Assembly: GCA_036172245.1 (NCBI GenBank)
Contig: JAYWIR010000005.1
Span: 2,914,001-2,978,000, forward strand
DNA length: 64,000 bases
Direction of reading: 5' to 3'
DNA from: Raillietiella orientalis
Taxonomy: Eukaryota
The notes below the pieces were generated by a model. That model made no database searches, was not told where the DNA came from, and was given only the letters and a program-made list of their open reading frames with translations. Position numbers and translations under genes: made by a program. This document shows positions 36,301 to 49,700 of the stretch, one piece after another (positions within the stretch are counted from its first letter, which is position 1; each line of letters starts with the position of its first letter).

Positions 36301-37450
36301 GAAAGAAGGAGCGTCATCGACGCCGTGGGAGGCCTCGAGAAGGCAGCTGGAAACCCAGAGAGTAGAAACCCCTCCGCATCGTTGCTTTTGGAGCCCCGGA
36401 AGCCCTAAAGAAGCCAAGAGTCTCCTCACCATCTCCCTCCCCCCTGCTTCACAGGAGCCAAGCACCGGATCCACCTTCCCGAAGCGCGGTTCCAGAGATT
36501 GCGTGGGAAACCGCGGGCCGACCACTTGCGGGACTGCTGCAGGGGAACGGGAGCGGATTTGAGACGGACTCGCTGCTGACGGCGGTCGCGCAACAAGGGA
36601 GACCCGGGGCGCCCTCGCTGTTGTCGGATTTCCGGTGCAGCAGCTTTGCTTCCTGCCCTTCCTCTCTACAGTCAAATAGCTTCGGCGCATCCACCCTCAG
36701 CCCCTTCTATCGCCTGCATGACCGGGCTCACCCCGGCCCGCTGCTGGCTCCGGATGCTCTCGGGGACGTCACGCAGAGATGCTGCCGCTGCGCATTTGGC
36801 ACGGAATCGACGCCCCTTTTCGGGCGCTGACTCCGAGGTCGTAGGAGATGAATTCCCAATCGGGTGACCGACTGCTTGAAATAACCGTCGCGCGACCTGG
36901 AATGGCAGAATCATCAGCCGGGGCGACTCCAGCACTACGGATTGCGAGCTTCGGCGCCCCTGGGCTGGGGCAGAGTAGAGAATCTTCTTTGAATGCCCAC
37001 AGGCGGACAGCCTCTCTTTGGGACGGCCGGCGATTTCCGCTAGACCAGACCAGAGAGTCCATCTCGAGGGCGTCGCATCGCTGACAACAGGGCGCAACTG
37101 AGGGGGGCTCCTGTGACCCCTGCGAGGCGCCATTAGAAGAATTTGACCGGCTGGATTCACACGATGAAGGTGCCCTGAAAGCTCCGGATAGAGCAATAGA
37201 GACCAAAAACAGGCAGGGACCTTTCGATGCGAGGCTGCTTGTGCCCGGCGTCTTCGGCACACACTCCATCACTGCTGGGATCCCATGCACCTAAAGCACA
37301 TCGATAGCGACAGCGTGGGCAACGATTGTGATGTCCCTTCGTAGTCACGTCCGGGCATGCCCCCAGCACTGGACTCTCTTTAAAGACAAAAGAGTCCAGC
37401 TTGTTTCAAACCGAACGGTCACACACGTACTGGCTCCGGGCTAGGCGACG
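33330..37450 (-). mobile_element. Degraded non-LTR retrotransposon (L1/Tx1-like: ORF1 Cys/His knuckles, APE, RT, C-terminal Cys motif)
   Basis: Motifs occur in order on the minus strand. CPRCRYRC..C...GHK lies at about 37230-37330 and GGDF at 35911-35922. VDFCKAFD and AFDCIDQELL..L..MGFP lie at about 35100-35255 and RRGIRQGNILSPLLF at about 34975-35020. YVND at the YADD position is at 34889-34900, followed by LEVNRAKS, FKYFGVP and LLLHWCLP..PNCG..ES..LLTDC (about 33640-33770). There are many frameshifts and stops, and the ends are approximate. Confidence 0.85.
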
Positions 37451-37529
37451 ATGACGGAGCGTCCAAACTCAATCAACCGATTGTCTTCTGCGCAGAGAGA
37501 TTTGCAACCGCGGGAGATTTTCCGTCCCC

Positions 37530-37640
37530 ACGTTGGCGTCCGTACGGCTGCGGTCTGCCGCTCGTGGCGCCAAGGGTTTGCAGGTTCGAATACCCGTAAA
37601 AGATCAACGCCGCGAAATGGGTGCTTCGCGTCCTCTTCCC
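37530..37640 (+). repeat. Truncated head of the same or a related SINE-like family (another fragment at about 36005-36050)
   Basis: ggttcgaatac followed by gatcaacgccgcgaaatgggtgc. It matches 36007 ggatcaacgccgcaaaataggtgc and 59428 ggatcgaccccgagaaacgggtgc. Confidence 0.5.
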
Positions 37641-40600
37641 TCCCCCCTCCCCCCGCGGTGCTCCGCGTTGAGTGGGCAATCCACGCCTGCAGAGAGACCC
37701 TTGATGCCAGGGTTCGACGCGTTCCCTGAATGTTCCCAGTGTGCAGCTTTTCCCAACCGGATCCAGATGATGGCGGATCCAGGCCAGCACCATTCAGCAG
37801 GAGGCGAATCCACGAAGCCCTGCAGCTAATAAATGCGGCGATTATGTACTGTTTTCACCTTTGCAGCTCTGCGGCTCCCGCTCGCCCCGCATCTGTCCTT
37901 GCAGCGTGCACCGAAGAGAGGTGCGCTGTGCACAATGGGGAGCCCCATGTTCGCGTGGTTTCGTGGGTGGTTTGGAGAGTCTTGGAAGGAGCGCGGGAGC
38001 ATCGCCTTCGGTCATCACGAACAAGAAGTGGCTGAGGAGCGTGCAGGGGAGATGCGGTCAGCATCATCTGCCGGCGTTGAAGGGGCTCCTCTCCCAACCG
38101 TGCAGTTAGCAGCGCGGATGCAAACCTCGGACCATTTGGACGAGGCGCGTGTTTCAGTTGTCTCCAATGTACGTTGGACACGGGGGAGAGCGTTTCTGCG
38201 CCCCGTGCCTCCCCACCCCACTCCCACCCGTGTCTGCTCTCGTCGCCGCAGTTTCTCAAAGGGAATTCTGAATCAGAGATGCGTGGAGGGGCGCAGATTT
38301 GCTTCCTGAATCGTTCGCGCGGTGCGTTCGATTCGCACGGATGCCGTGGAGGCTCCGTGCTCTGTGACATAACGTACGTTTTTTGTACGTGCACTTTGTG
38401 GGTCCACGTGAGAGCTCTTTTCGCATTGGGAGTAACCTCCTCGCACCAAGAAGTGCCGCGCCGCGACAACGTTGCCAAGCAGCAAGTGCATCGTCGAAGA
38501 TCGTCGACGGGCAGCCGTCTTTCCGGCATGCACCTCGACTCCGTAGCACCCGACGGTCAACGGATGAAGACACGGTGAATGTCCTGCGAGGCTGGCGGAC
38601 GATCATGGCCCTGGAGTCCGAAGGCTTCCCGCGTAACTAAGGGCCAGGATAAGCGGCGGATGATTTGCGTCGGCCCGCAAAAACTGCGTTGGACCGTACG
38701 CGCACCCTTTACACCCCGGAACACCCTCTTCCCGCCCTCGTGGCAGCGGTTCGCAGCCTACGGCGGCGTGAGCGTTTCAGCCGCCTTTCCTTTTATTTAT
38801 TTATAGCGGGTGGCTAAACTAATAGAAAGTAACACGCGAGCTGGTTTTTGCCAACTGGAAAAGCAAGGAATCCCGAGAGATCGGGAACTTCGGTCTGCTT
38901 GATATTTTTGCTCCGTTTTACGAGGGAACCCGGATGCGGAATCAAAGGTTCGCCGAGGGAGCGTTTGTTGAGGATCGTTCCAAGATTAGGATAACAAGAA
39001 GGATTCCGTGATTTAGTGCACGCAAGCGTCATGACAATTACAAATGCCCGATGATCTCACGAGCAAACTATTCAGAAGGAATGAAAACCGCGGAAGGGAA
39101 GTGGATGAAGGAGAAGCAGAGCTCGGGAAAACAAAAAAGCACGCGAGGAGCAGTTCGTGATGGCTCATCAAGCAAGAATCAACGTCTGCTGGAGGGACGG
39201 GAGCGTGAATCCTGGAGAGGAGATGCTTTCGGAGGAAGCGTTCGCGGAGGGAATTCATCAAGCCGTACGCACGCTGCTGGCGCGCGCGCTCGTTCGGATG
39301 CTGGCAGCTCTCTTTCCAGGTCCTTCCCAGATAAACACAGATTCGGGAAAGGCTCATAACTCTCGTCCCCCGGAATTACGAGTTGTGCATGAGAAAGGAA
39401 AGAGAAGGAAGGGATCGTCCCACGAAGGGATGATCCCCTGACTCGAAATTTAGGCTCAACCGTGGAACGCGAAAAAGGTAGCAATTATTTGGACCGCGTC
39501 CAAAGTTTCTCAAATGAGAATTCAGTTCCAGCGTGAATGAAGATCTTCTTTCCAAATACATATTTAGAAACATAGATGCTTTAATTTCCTCGAGCTCCTC
39601 GAAGCACGGGTTGTCATGGCCACCAGGGGTAGATTTTTTTCCGAAAGCGAATCCGAGGAGCTGACGAGCAAATTGCGGGAGTCCGCCCTCAGTTTAACGA
39701 CAAAGCTGTTTGCTCTCCTGAAGGGAAAATTTATCTTTTATTTTTATTTTTTCTTCTTGAAAAAAAAAAAAAAAGAAGAAGCCCTCAACTCTGCTGCTGC
39801 TCTGAAATATTTCCTTCAGCAGGTTTTAAAAATAGCTCACTCTTGGTTATGGCTTCCTCAGAATTTTCTGACGGTAGTGGTGGCACGGGGGGGGGGGGAT
39901 ACTGATGTGGACTCTCAAGTTTAGCTAATTGCCGATTTTTAATCGATGAAATTTCCTGATACGTCATCCATAATGGATTCGAGTCCATTTTGGACTACAA
40001 TTCAAGTGATGCAGAACGCGAAACGCATTCACTTTGGCTCCGAAACCAGGAAGGCATGAATTACCACGAAATCTTCTGCCATTATGATCGCGAAGAACGG
40101 TACACTTTTCTTTCTTTCTTTTTTCTTTTTTTTTATATCTGCAGGTACAGTACACTCCGGAATCGAATTCCGGGAAACTTACTCTGCCTCGCGACTGTTT
40201 GCATTCAAATTTGCTTTGCTCAACACCTGGGATCGGTGTGGCTCGGCGGCCGAAGGGGGCGGGGCGGGGCGGGGGAGGAGGGTAATAAAAAATTCGTGAA
40301 CGTGTGCAGGGGCTGCTTCGAAAAAAGAGAAAAAGGAAAGAAAACGGCTCTGACCCGAAAGAGAGGGTCTCTCGTCACGACCGCTGGCCAGGCACGTGAA
40401 CACTGTTCTCCCTGATTCGCTGGTGATTCAGTACTCGAATCTGATCCCTTACTTATCGCCTGATCATTACATAAGTATGATTCGTGGTTACAATTATCAG
40501 CCTCTGCCGTGAGCATTCGTACGAGGGGAACCGCCGGTTATCCACAGCACTGTGGAAGGGGGAAACAAACACCCGCGAGCAGCGAGCGAACCGCGGAGGA

Positions 40601-42439
40601 GAATCGGCCGCCTGTCCAAATTCGACCTCGCGAACGCACATTTGCATCTCCCAACACATTCGCAAGTGTTCGAAGCGAAAAAGTTGGTGAGCTTGTTGTT
40701 CGTCGATGCCCGAGGAATGTCTACGGGATCGAGGAGTGGGAAGCGCGGATGCTGCGTTCTCGAATCGGAAGATGGTGGAGGAGTTTGGCTCCCGTCGATC
40801 TGGCAAAGCGCCGTCGAAGAACTCGATGCTCTCATCTGACCGTATGGTACATAGCGTGCCTCGATGATGCAATCACCAAAGAGTGTGCCGACACTATTTC
40901 CTTACAAGCAACCCTGGAAAAAACCTCTTGTTTTTCCCTCTCTCTCTCTCTCTCTCCCCTCCCTCCCTTCCTCTCCATTTGAATTCTACGGTCGCAGAAA
41001 ATGGATCATTCTCGCTCGAAGCGCATGCGTGGTCCTTCGCTCCCGCACCCGTCACCATCTACCGGCGATGCTGCAAACTTCAAACGAACAAGTGCAACCA
41101 ACACCAGCAGCAAGAGCTGGCACGCGTCTTGGTGCTGCTCACATCTGCTGGAAACAGCAGGCTTTTTTAGGATCCGTCCGTGCTGGTGCAGCCACTGTAA
41201 CTTGAATGACGGTTGATCAGGTTTTCGGTGGGCATGGAATTTACGAATTCATCTGCAAATTCTCATCCCCCCAGGAAACTAAGGGTGAACGACTTTCGCG
41301 GGTTCTGCAGGGCGTCCCTGTTGGACGTTCAGACGACTTTGGATGATCAGCTCTTCGTCTGTGTTTTGAAATCACCTCGTTCGAACGTTTGATCGACGGC
41401 ACACGCTCAACGCAGACAAAACACATGTAGCTGCCTCAGCAAGCAGAACTTTGGTCCAGATGCTTCCTTGGAAGTCAGAAAAGAACAGCAGGCAAAACGG
41501 ACGCGGTCCACGAGGATAAGTACGAATGCTGCAGATTTGTGAAGAAGCCTCAGCGCATAAATTCCAGCATAAAGACGGAAACATCGGACCAGCAGGCTGA
41601 ATGAGCGCTGGGAGCACCTTCGCCCGCAAAAACTCGTGAGCAGGGCGAGGTGCAAAATCGCGACACTCGCCAGATGAGCGCCGTGTCTTCCGTGCCCTCG
41701 GATTTGAAGATTGTGGTTTCCTGGGGCGGGGCAAAAAATGCTTTAAAATTTTCGCAAATTTCCAAAACGCGTCTTCCTTCTTGTTTTCAACGAAGCTGGA
41801 GAGTGGTACTTGAAAATTTCACTCCCAGTTTCAGACGGCTTGTCTTCCCGATCGATTTTTGATCTGCCTCCGAGCAACTTTTTTTTTCCCCGCTCAAACA
41901 CTGACGATCCGAATCGATGAACACAAATACTTAAAAGTTACTCATAATTTATTTAATTTATTCACGCGGAAGTTTCCGTCCTGCACCTGATTTATTCTCC
42001 TAGTTGAGAAAACGGGGATTCCGGCCTACGTCACTGGATGGGCCCTCACTAATCCGCCGATCGGAGGGGTTTCGAATTGCTATTCACACGGAATTTTCCA
42101 GCATGGTTCACGGCCATCGGTTTCCCTGGTTTCCCATCATTCTGTAGTCATACTGAGCGTGCAAATCTCTCAGACGTTCTCCAAGCAGATCTTTGAAAAC
42201 TGTGGATCGGCGGCCTTCTCCTTCTTCGGAAATGGACCTTTTGAGAATCCCAACTTGATCACCTTGTTCGAAAGCTCGTGCTTGGTCATGCAGCCATGGC
42301 ATCGCCCCAGATCTGCCACTGCTGGTCTCCTTCATGCCATGACCAGTATTCCTTGATTCCGCCTCCAAGACTTCAGAACAAAAACCGAGATGGTTTCGTA
42401 GGTTTCACCCTCCAGTAGCACCAGTTAGGAGTTTCCAGG

Positions 42440-42985
42440 AAACCCGCGTCGGCGGGCGTGTATCCGCGGTCCCCGTGAGCGATACCAAGCGTTGCGGATT
42501 CGAACCCCCCACGCGGAGGATGGGCGTCGAGAACGGGGGGTGCGCCGTGAGTTTCAAGTATGCCCCGCAGGATGACGCTGGTTGACCTATCCAGGTGCAG
42601 CAGCACTGGTGGAAACCGGGTACCCCCGTTGACTGGCCGGAGTTAAAATTTGACCCCCTGGGGTACTTCCAGGAATTCGAGGGGCAGTTCCCTTCGGTGC
42701 TCCCCTCCGGCTATGAAAATGGAGCCCCACCATGGAGCTGGTCGGTACCCCATCCTCGGGGGGTTGCCTATCCAGGGTGTAAAGAAGAGCTCTGCTTCCT
42801 TCGAGGAGCGCCCTTCAGAGAAATTTGGAGACGCCCATCCAAGATTCTCTTCAGGGAAGCACCAACAAGGAGCGGCTCCCTTGCCAGGGGTCTCTCCGGA
42901 GAGGAAATTCCAGGAGTGGAATTCTCCTATAGGTCCCTACGGGGAGAATAAGGAAGAGGTTCCCTTCGGGGTTGCCTTCAGAGGC
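42440..42985 (+). mobile_element. Dispersed repeat copy 1, probable tRNA-derived SINE
   Basis: Collinear similarity to 59355-59880 (ccccacgcggaggat, gctggtggaaac-like, cccgtt.actggcc, tgaaaatggagcc, ccccatcctcggggggttgcct, aaattccagga). A B-box-like ggattcgaaccc lies near the 5' end. Confidence 0.7.
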
Positions 42986-44899
42986 AGAAGGAAGTGCCAT
43001 ACGGTCAGTGTGCTCTCGACGACCCCATATTCATAACTTTTGGCTCATTGGTTTGCACTGGGATTCCTGCAGTTTCCCACCAGGGAGTTCGTGAAAGTTT
43101 TATTCACTGATCTGAAGGATACTTTGATGAATGTCCGTGTCAACTGCTGGATCAAACACAACAAAGATGCTCGCTGACAAAAGAAACTGTCTGATTTCCA
43201 GGTTTTACCTCATCCACGAGTGTTTTTCTTGCTAGATGACCTTTCATTTTCATCTGGTTATCCTGCAGCATCTCAAGCAAGTTTCAAAGAAATTCAAGGG
43301 AAAGAGTAAGGGAGAGAAGTATTTAACGATGCTACGTGATCATAAAAATGAATAGTTAAATAGTTGGTACCTCAATTTTCCTACTGTGTCAGATGTAGAA
43401 GATGAGGCACAGCTAATTAGGATGTATCGCAAAGTAAACAAAAGATGACATTTTTCAGCGCGTTCTGCCGAAAATCGTAGGATTTCTATCTCACGTGATA
43501 GAAATCATTCACATGAGTATACGAGTGGCTATTAACCATTTCAAACCAAACACCACCACCACCCTCTTTGTCTAATGTGCAATGTCATAACTCTTTCATC
43601 TTTATTACATCCATTACTGACTGCGACTACATCATAATACAGCATATCTTACTGAAATGCAAGTATCTGTACGAATTAAAAGCATACGCAGTTTTATAAC
43701 TACTCTATGAAATGACAGGCTATAAATGTAAAATGAAATAACGAGCAGCTAAATTAATGCCTTTGTGTTACATAGTATAAATGAATGATCACTTATAGTT
43801 GAATGAAATTCACGAGCTAGAGAGATCGTGAGACTCATAATTTGTGCAGTACAGCCCTTAACTTGATAAGAGGATTTCCCGGTGGTAATAGCTTGATATC
43901 AGTAATCATGTATGGTTGTCAAGCCTTGAACTGTGGGTAGATGAAAGTGCCACCATGAGATTTTTAAAGAATCTTCGATTTTCGAGCGCGCGTCCGAACG
44001 TTCTCCTCATTTCCTTTTCGCCTCATCGTTTCAAAAGCACTGGGTCGTTGAGGGACCCCACAGGTTTGCTTCAGCTGCTCGTGCGTTGCGAGTAGGGCAT
44101 CGGAGTGCCTAAAGTAAATCAGATTCGGGGTTTGCTCTGGCCGTGACACCTCAAGACCGCTTATCATCTGTTCACCTGAAAGCAAGTGTCAGAGGACATT
44201 TGGGTGGTTTGGTTGTTTTATAGGATCGCTTTGAGCGCTTGTGAAAGAGTCGGAGACCGCCGGAAACCAATATCTGGTCAGGTTCCACATCTTCAGATGA
44301 GTGACCTGTCTTCAGCATCTACTGGACATGTGCAGGGTTTTCAGGATATGAAGCTGCATACTAGTGACGGATGACAGTGGTAGCTGAACGCACTCAGTGC
44401 CACCGTAGGGATTCTGTGATTCGCGGGGCTGAGAAGAATCCCAATTGTTAAGAATCTCAAGAGGAGACATCTGAGCCCTTTTAAAAAAGCCCCATCTCTG
44501 AAGGTTTCTACCGTCTACCATCACCTTTCTACCATCCATATTTGTGCGGGCGCATCAAATGAAAGAATCGCGATGAAGCATGCCCGATGAGCCACGGCAG
44601 AAGATCCCTTCCCTCTCGAATTTCAAATGGATTCTCTGCTTCCGAAAACCTTTGATGCCCATTTCCCCCCAGGAACTTTCCCAGTAGGCTTCAGCGCCAT
44701 GCCATCACTGGGAAAACCCTGGAAAACTGTGCACGAGACACTGTTGGTCCATGGTCAGCGTTCCTCTTCTCCAGCGAAAATCGAGTTCAGAACGATCATT
44801 TGGGATGGGCATTACGATGCGAGAGATTGCCAAAAGGAATGATTTAATAGCCATCTCAATGAGAAGAACTTAAAAGAACGAATAGAAGGATCAGTACCT

Positions 44900-46700
44900 A
44901 TCGGGCAGTTTGCAGAACCTGAATTCAATGCAGCACACATCTGAGATGAAGCAAATGCCTCATCAGTTCGGAAGAAACTCCTGTCGCAAGGCTTCCTGGC
45001 GCGATGTTGCGAATTCGAGCGCCCAGGTAGGTAGGTCTGCCAACAACACGGGCTTCTCAATCCATCTCAGGGTGCTGCCACCCCACACGCACTGGAAAGT
45101 CGGTCGTCTGGCGCCTATTTTTAAAGTATGGGCTACCACGTGCTTCCGCAGCCTACAGTTGGCCGTTGATGCTTTCTGCCGAGCTCCGAACTCAGGGCAA
45201 CTCTGAGCTGCTTCCCGGAGTTTCTTCCAGGAGGTTCTCCTGGAACTTATAGTCCGCGAACCCGACTCGCTGGCTGGAGCCTCGGCAGACTGAAGGTTCC
45301 CCGCTGCACGTTTCTTCTGGCTTCAGTGCTTCCTGGGAACGTGTCACCTAATTTTGTGGAGCGGATGAGAATTCAGGCGAGGGTCCGCTACCTGGACGAC
45401 TCGATTTTCCTGCAGAGACCTCCGAGATCTAGAATATCAATGCCATTTGTTCTTCGCACACTTGCGAAACTTCTGAAGGCCACTGGACGACCAATGTGAG
45501 TTTTCTGTTTCAGGATAACAGGGGCGAGGTGATGTGCAAGGGTGTCGGTCGAAAGTGATTCGTGGTGCACCTTGTGATCGAATGATGCGAGGGGAACAAG
45601 TTAGCCACTTTCTGGTGCTGAAATTCCAGATGCGGAAGCGATCCTCTTCTGCAAACTGTCTTTTGCCCATCCTGGAAGCAGCGGTTCCCAATCAAACCTG
45701 CCTGAAGATACCAGTCCCAAGCGCCCACTACAGCTGAGAAATTCCTTGATCCTACAAGCACCCTTCCACTGCGATTGTCTCGAAATGGGAAAATATCTAC
45801 TGTCTTCCAGGAAGAAAATGGGAGTGAAGCAGCAAGGAATAAGTTTTAGAGAAGGTTGTGAATCAAGAATACGTGAGCTGTCTATGGCAAAGAAGCAAAA
45901 GAAACACGGAGTACCGCAAGCGTTGATGTTTCCTGGCATGTGGGTCGTCGACTTTCTTTTCGAAGCAGCTGTTTCCGTGCTCCCTGGAGTGCTTTCGCCG
46001 CGGTCCCACCCTGCTGAGCTTCTCACAAGCGAGACACCGTCACACCTTCCTTATAACAGCCAAATCTTTCTATTGAACAAGAACAATCTTTCTTTTGAAG
46101 AGGCTTCTAGCTTTAGAGATTCGCAGGCACAGGAGATGGTTACATCCGAACTTCTGTTCGTATTTCAAAACTTTCAGGAGAATCTTCGTAAACAGATCAT
46201 TCCTTTGTGGAGAGAACCAAGTTGAAATATTCCAAGACAGTAGATGGGACTTTAAATTTAAGGAGGCAACCATGAAGACTTTGTCCATGCTCACGCGACT
46301 GGCATGAAGTAGTTTAGTGAAGGACAGAATGAACATGAAAAGGTTCATGTTGTAGAGTTTCCAAGAGCGAGTCAGTTTTGACTTTCCCTGGAACTTGAGG
46401 GAATACCTCCACACAAAATGGGCTCATCACAAGGAACGGGGTAGGGGGGTGCCTCGAAGGGAAATTCGTGAACACCTCCAGGAACGCAAAGACAATAAGT
46501 GATTGTCCTGTGACTTCCCGAGTTAAAGACCTTTTACTATCTGATGCACAAATAGAGAAAGACTCGTAAAGACGTGAGTATACACGACTTTTTCATGACT
46601 TCTCTCCGCACAAACAAGGGATCATGATGTGCGGGATAGAAGGCAAAAGGAACTTCCAGAAATGAAGCTCTGGAGACAAGCAGTTGCTGCGCTGGAGTTC
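44900..46700 (+). mobile_element. Degraded DIRS-like (tyrosine-recombinase) retrotransposon remnant
   Basis: RT motif RVRYLDDSIFL (YLDD at 45389-45400) preceded by LAVDAF. Downstream are RNase-H-like IRELSMA..LPGV (about 45870-46020) and YR-like CPV (about 46505) and HDVR (about 46623). It is heavily disrupted and the limits are approximate. Confidence 0.55.
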
Positions 46701-49700
46701 AAGGATGGAAATAGGCTGAAAATACGGAGGAAATTCTAGCTTTGCAAATGTGCTTTCCCGGTCCTGAACTCTGCCTTTTTTGTGGTGTTGGATGAGTGTC
46801 GACTATGGTGTGGAACCAAAGCAGTTCAGATGAATCGGAAAAAGTGGGTGTTGTTCTTCCTTATCAGCCAATGGAAAACAACTCCGAAATGACCATCAGT
46901 CTTTTCAAGTATTCTCGATTGTGTTGATTGCTGTGTGTTGAAGACTTCCGAGAGAAATTAGCCGTTGGAAAACCTCATTAGAGGAGAAGCCATTAGTGTA
47001 TAAAGAATACACAAAAGCTGCATAAATTTTTACGAAGAGGATGATAATTTCGATTAATGGATGACGCACATCTACAGCCTTTTCTAGAGAGGAAATGAAA
47101 ACAGCAACAACAGCAGCAGCAACTTTCAGAAGGTGCCATCTATTTGAAAAATTGGCGTCAGGAAGTAAAATTTGCTCTTTTGAAGGAGTTCTGAAATGCT
47201 TTTGCTACATCGCTCTTGAGTTTTGAAATGATTTTTATTGTGTTTATGGGTTTATTCATTCAATTCAGTTTTTGCTCATCCCTTAACAAGAAGGATCGTG
47301 ATTTAATCCTCCATTTGAATAACAATTCTCAGTCGATTTCGGAACCTCTTCGTTATGCTTTTCTCTGCACACAGCCGTCCTTCTTGATGCGAAGAACGGT
47401 GTGAAAATTAAATCAGGCATGCTGCAATCAACTGCTTATGAATGCACAAGCCCGAAGACCAACAGATGAGAAATCCCTGCCGCCGTGTTCCGTTCAGCTA
47501 CACGCAGATCTGGGCGGAATTTGAATATTTCAGAACAGATCGATGGATGAACACGACAGTCCTGGATGCTGCTTGGAACTGAGTGGAAACGCAGGTTGAA
47601 CCCACGCCTCCTGTGGAATATGTATGTTCCTGTATGTTTATTTTGTGCCTCCTCTTTTTAAAATTAATTTGAATTCATTTGAACAAAGTGTTCCCAGATT
47701 ACTCTCTTTTAGCGCACAACGTCGAACATGGAAGGCTTCGTTCCAGTTTTCTGTACTTCGGTTATTCGGGAAGTTCCTATGCTCCTCGAACCAGATTCAA
47801 AATTTAGTTTTGCGGAATGACCGTGAATTGAACGGTGAGGATAACGTCAGAGATCGATTCTGCAAAGTTCACTATTTCGTATTTTGTTCCTTATTTCCTA
47901 GGACCTTCGATTTTTGATTTTTGTTTTTTTTAATCTGGAAGCGTCCGTAAATAAAAGACTTCAACCTTCGAATATTTTCAGGGGCGTTCAAGTTTTCCCA
48001 TTTTGCCAGTTTTGCTCCCGATGACTTTCAATGGAACAGCATACATATAGTTTTTTTGGAAAGAGTCACCAAACAAAGAATTGGGTGGAGTGAGTATGCA
48101 AGTTTTCATCTTTTCACCTTGACTTTCTATGAGAACGAATGTCCGGATGACGTATTTATTGCCACGATAGAATTTGTGAGTCGTGCCTGGCAAGTCCCTT
48201 GCTGTTCCAGCTTTCTGCGACTCGTTTCAAAGGGAAGCGATCCAAAAGACGGTTAGATGTTCACGAATAAAATTGCTCATTCGGCGGGGTATCCTTGCTG
48301 ACGTCTACTTGATGCGGCCTCGTGAACTTCATATGCGAATATGAAACGAAATTCCGGCTACCAAAGAAACGCAGGACGGAGGTGCCCATCCCTCTTTCAC
48401 GTCCCGTGCACTTTTGAGCCGATTGAAACCTGAGGGCAATCCTGAGGACGTTGCCGACCCTTTGTTGCCTCCCAGCTGGCGCGTCTGCATTCGCAGCTTC
48501 CGCTTTCACCCCCTGTACCGCGCTTTCTTGTTTGCTCGTATCGCGTGGCCGGGTAGCCATAGGTTCCCTTTCCCCGTTCCTTCCTCATGCTGGGCACTTC
48601 CGGGCCTTGGTCGCTTTTCCTCCGCCGCTTGCACACGCAACCGAACGCGGGAAAGTGGTGGCTGATTCCTCTCCTCCCTTGTAATCTTTCTTTCAACGAA
48701 TGGCATCTGAAAGCAGAGGCACATTTGTTCTTGTCTTTCCTCGAGCTGCCGTTTTCCCAGCCCCGTTTCTTCCAGTCTCCTTCCGTTCATTCCTTCTCCC
48801 CAAATTCCTCGGTCTGCCCCTTTGCTCTCGAGATCCGAAGTCTGATCTTCTCTTTTTACGTAAGGGTTGGTGAGAGAAGAAGAGGAACGAGATTACGGTA
48901 GCAGCAGCCGCACAGCCTTTGCGGCACGGCTTGACTGCACGGCCCGTCAAGCCGTGCCGCACAGCTTCGCACCGCTTGACGGGTGAAATGAAAGAGGACT
49001 CTGCTGGAATAGAATGAAAGAGGATGCTTCTGGTCTCATGTTCCCCCATTCCTCATACACATGGGGCACTGTGGGTGGGCGAGACTCACGTGCCGATCGC
49101 CGGCTTCGAAAAGGAAGTTGCGTCACTGCTCGAGGGGGCCAAAGGGTGGACGGAGTGGGCAGGGATCACTGGCCGAGTAGGACGGCAGTCTTGACGCAGC
49201 GCTCCAGGACCAATGCTCCGCTCCCCGTGCCGACTTTTTCATCCTCTCTTCCTCCTAGCGACCGAATCCTGGCCCAAGTGGCGCTGCACTCATCGCAAGA
49301 ATGAGTGTCTGTCTGTGTCTCTAGCAGCAAAACCTACAGGAACAGTTGCCTCTTCGGCTACTGCTCCAGGCTCCAGGGAGTGACGATCGTAAAGGAAGAC
49401 CACACTGCAACTACGTCTACTCCATAGGGATCATCCCAGAGTTCATAACTTTGGGGTTGACAGTCGGACGAAAGGACCTTCAGTTTCTTCGTTTCTGTCT
49501 TCATCGTCGACCGACCGGCAAGAAGTGCAGTAAAAGACCCTGCATCGGGTCACAATTCCCCGTCTAATTTCTCATCCACAGCTGCATCTCATCCTTCACA
49601 AAAGCTTCCCAATCTTTGGTGCGCTATAGGTGCAAATGGACAAGGTTTCCTAGGATACGGATGAGGGGCAACTGGGCTGAGAAGGAAGGATTTTTGAAAG

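Noticed and set aside
40600..40800. Harbinger-like transposase N-terminal fragment (IDEQQAHQLFRF)
   Set aside because: Too short and weak to call without a search.
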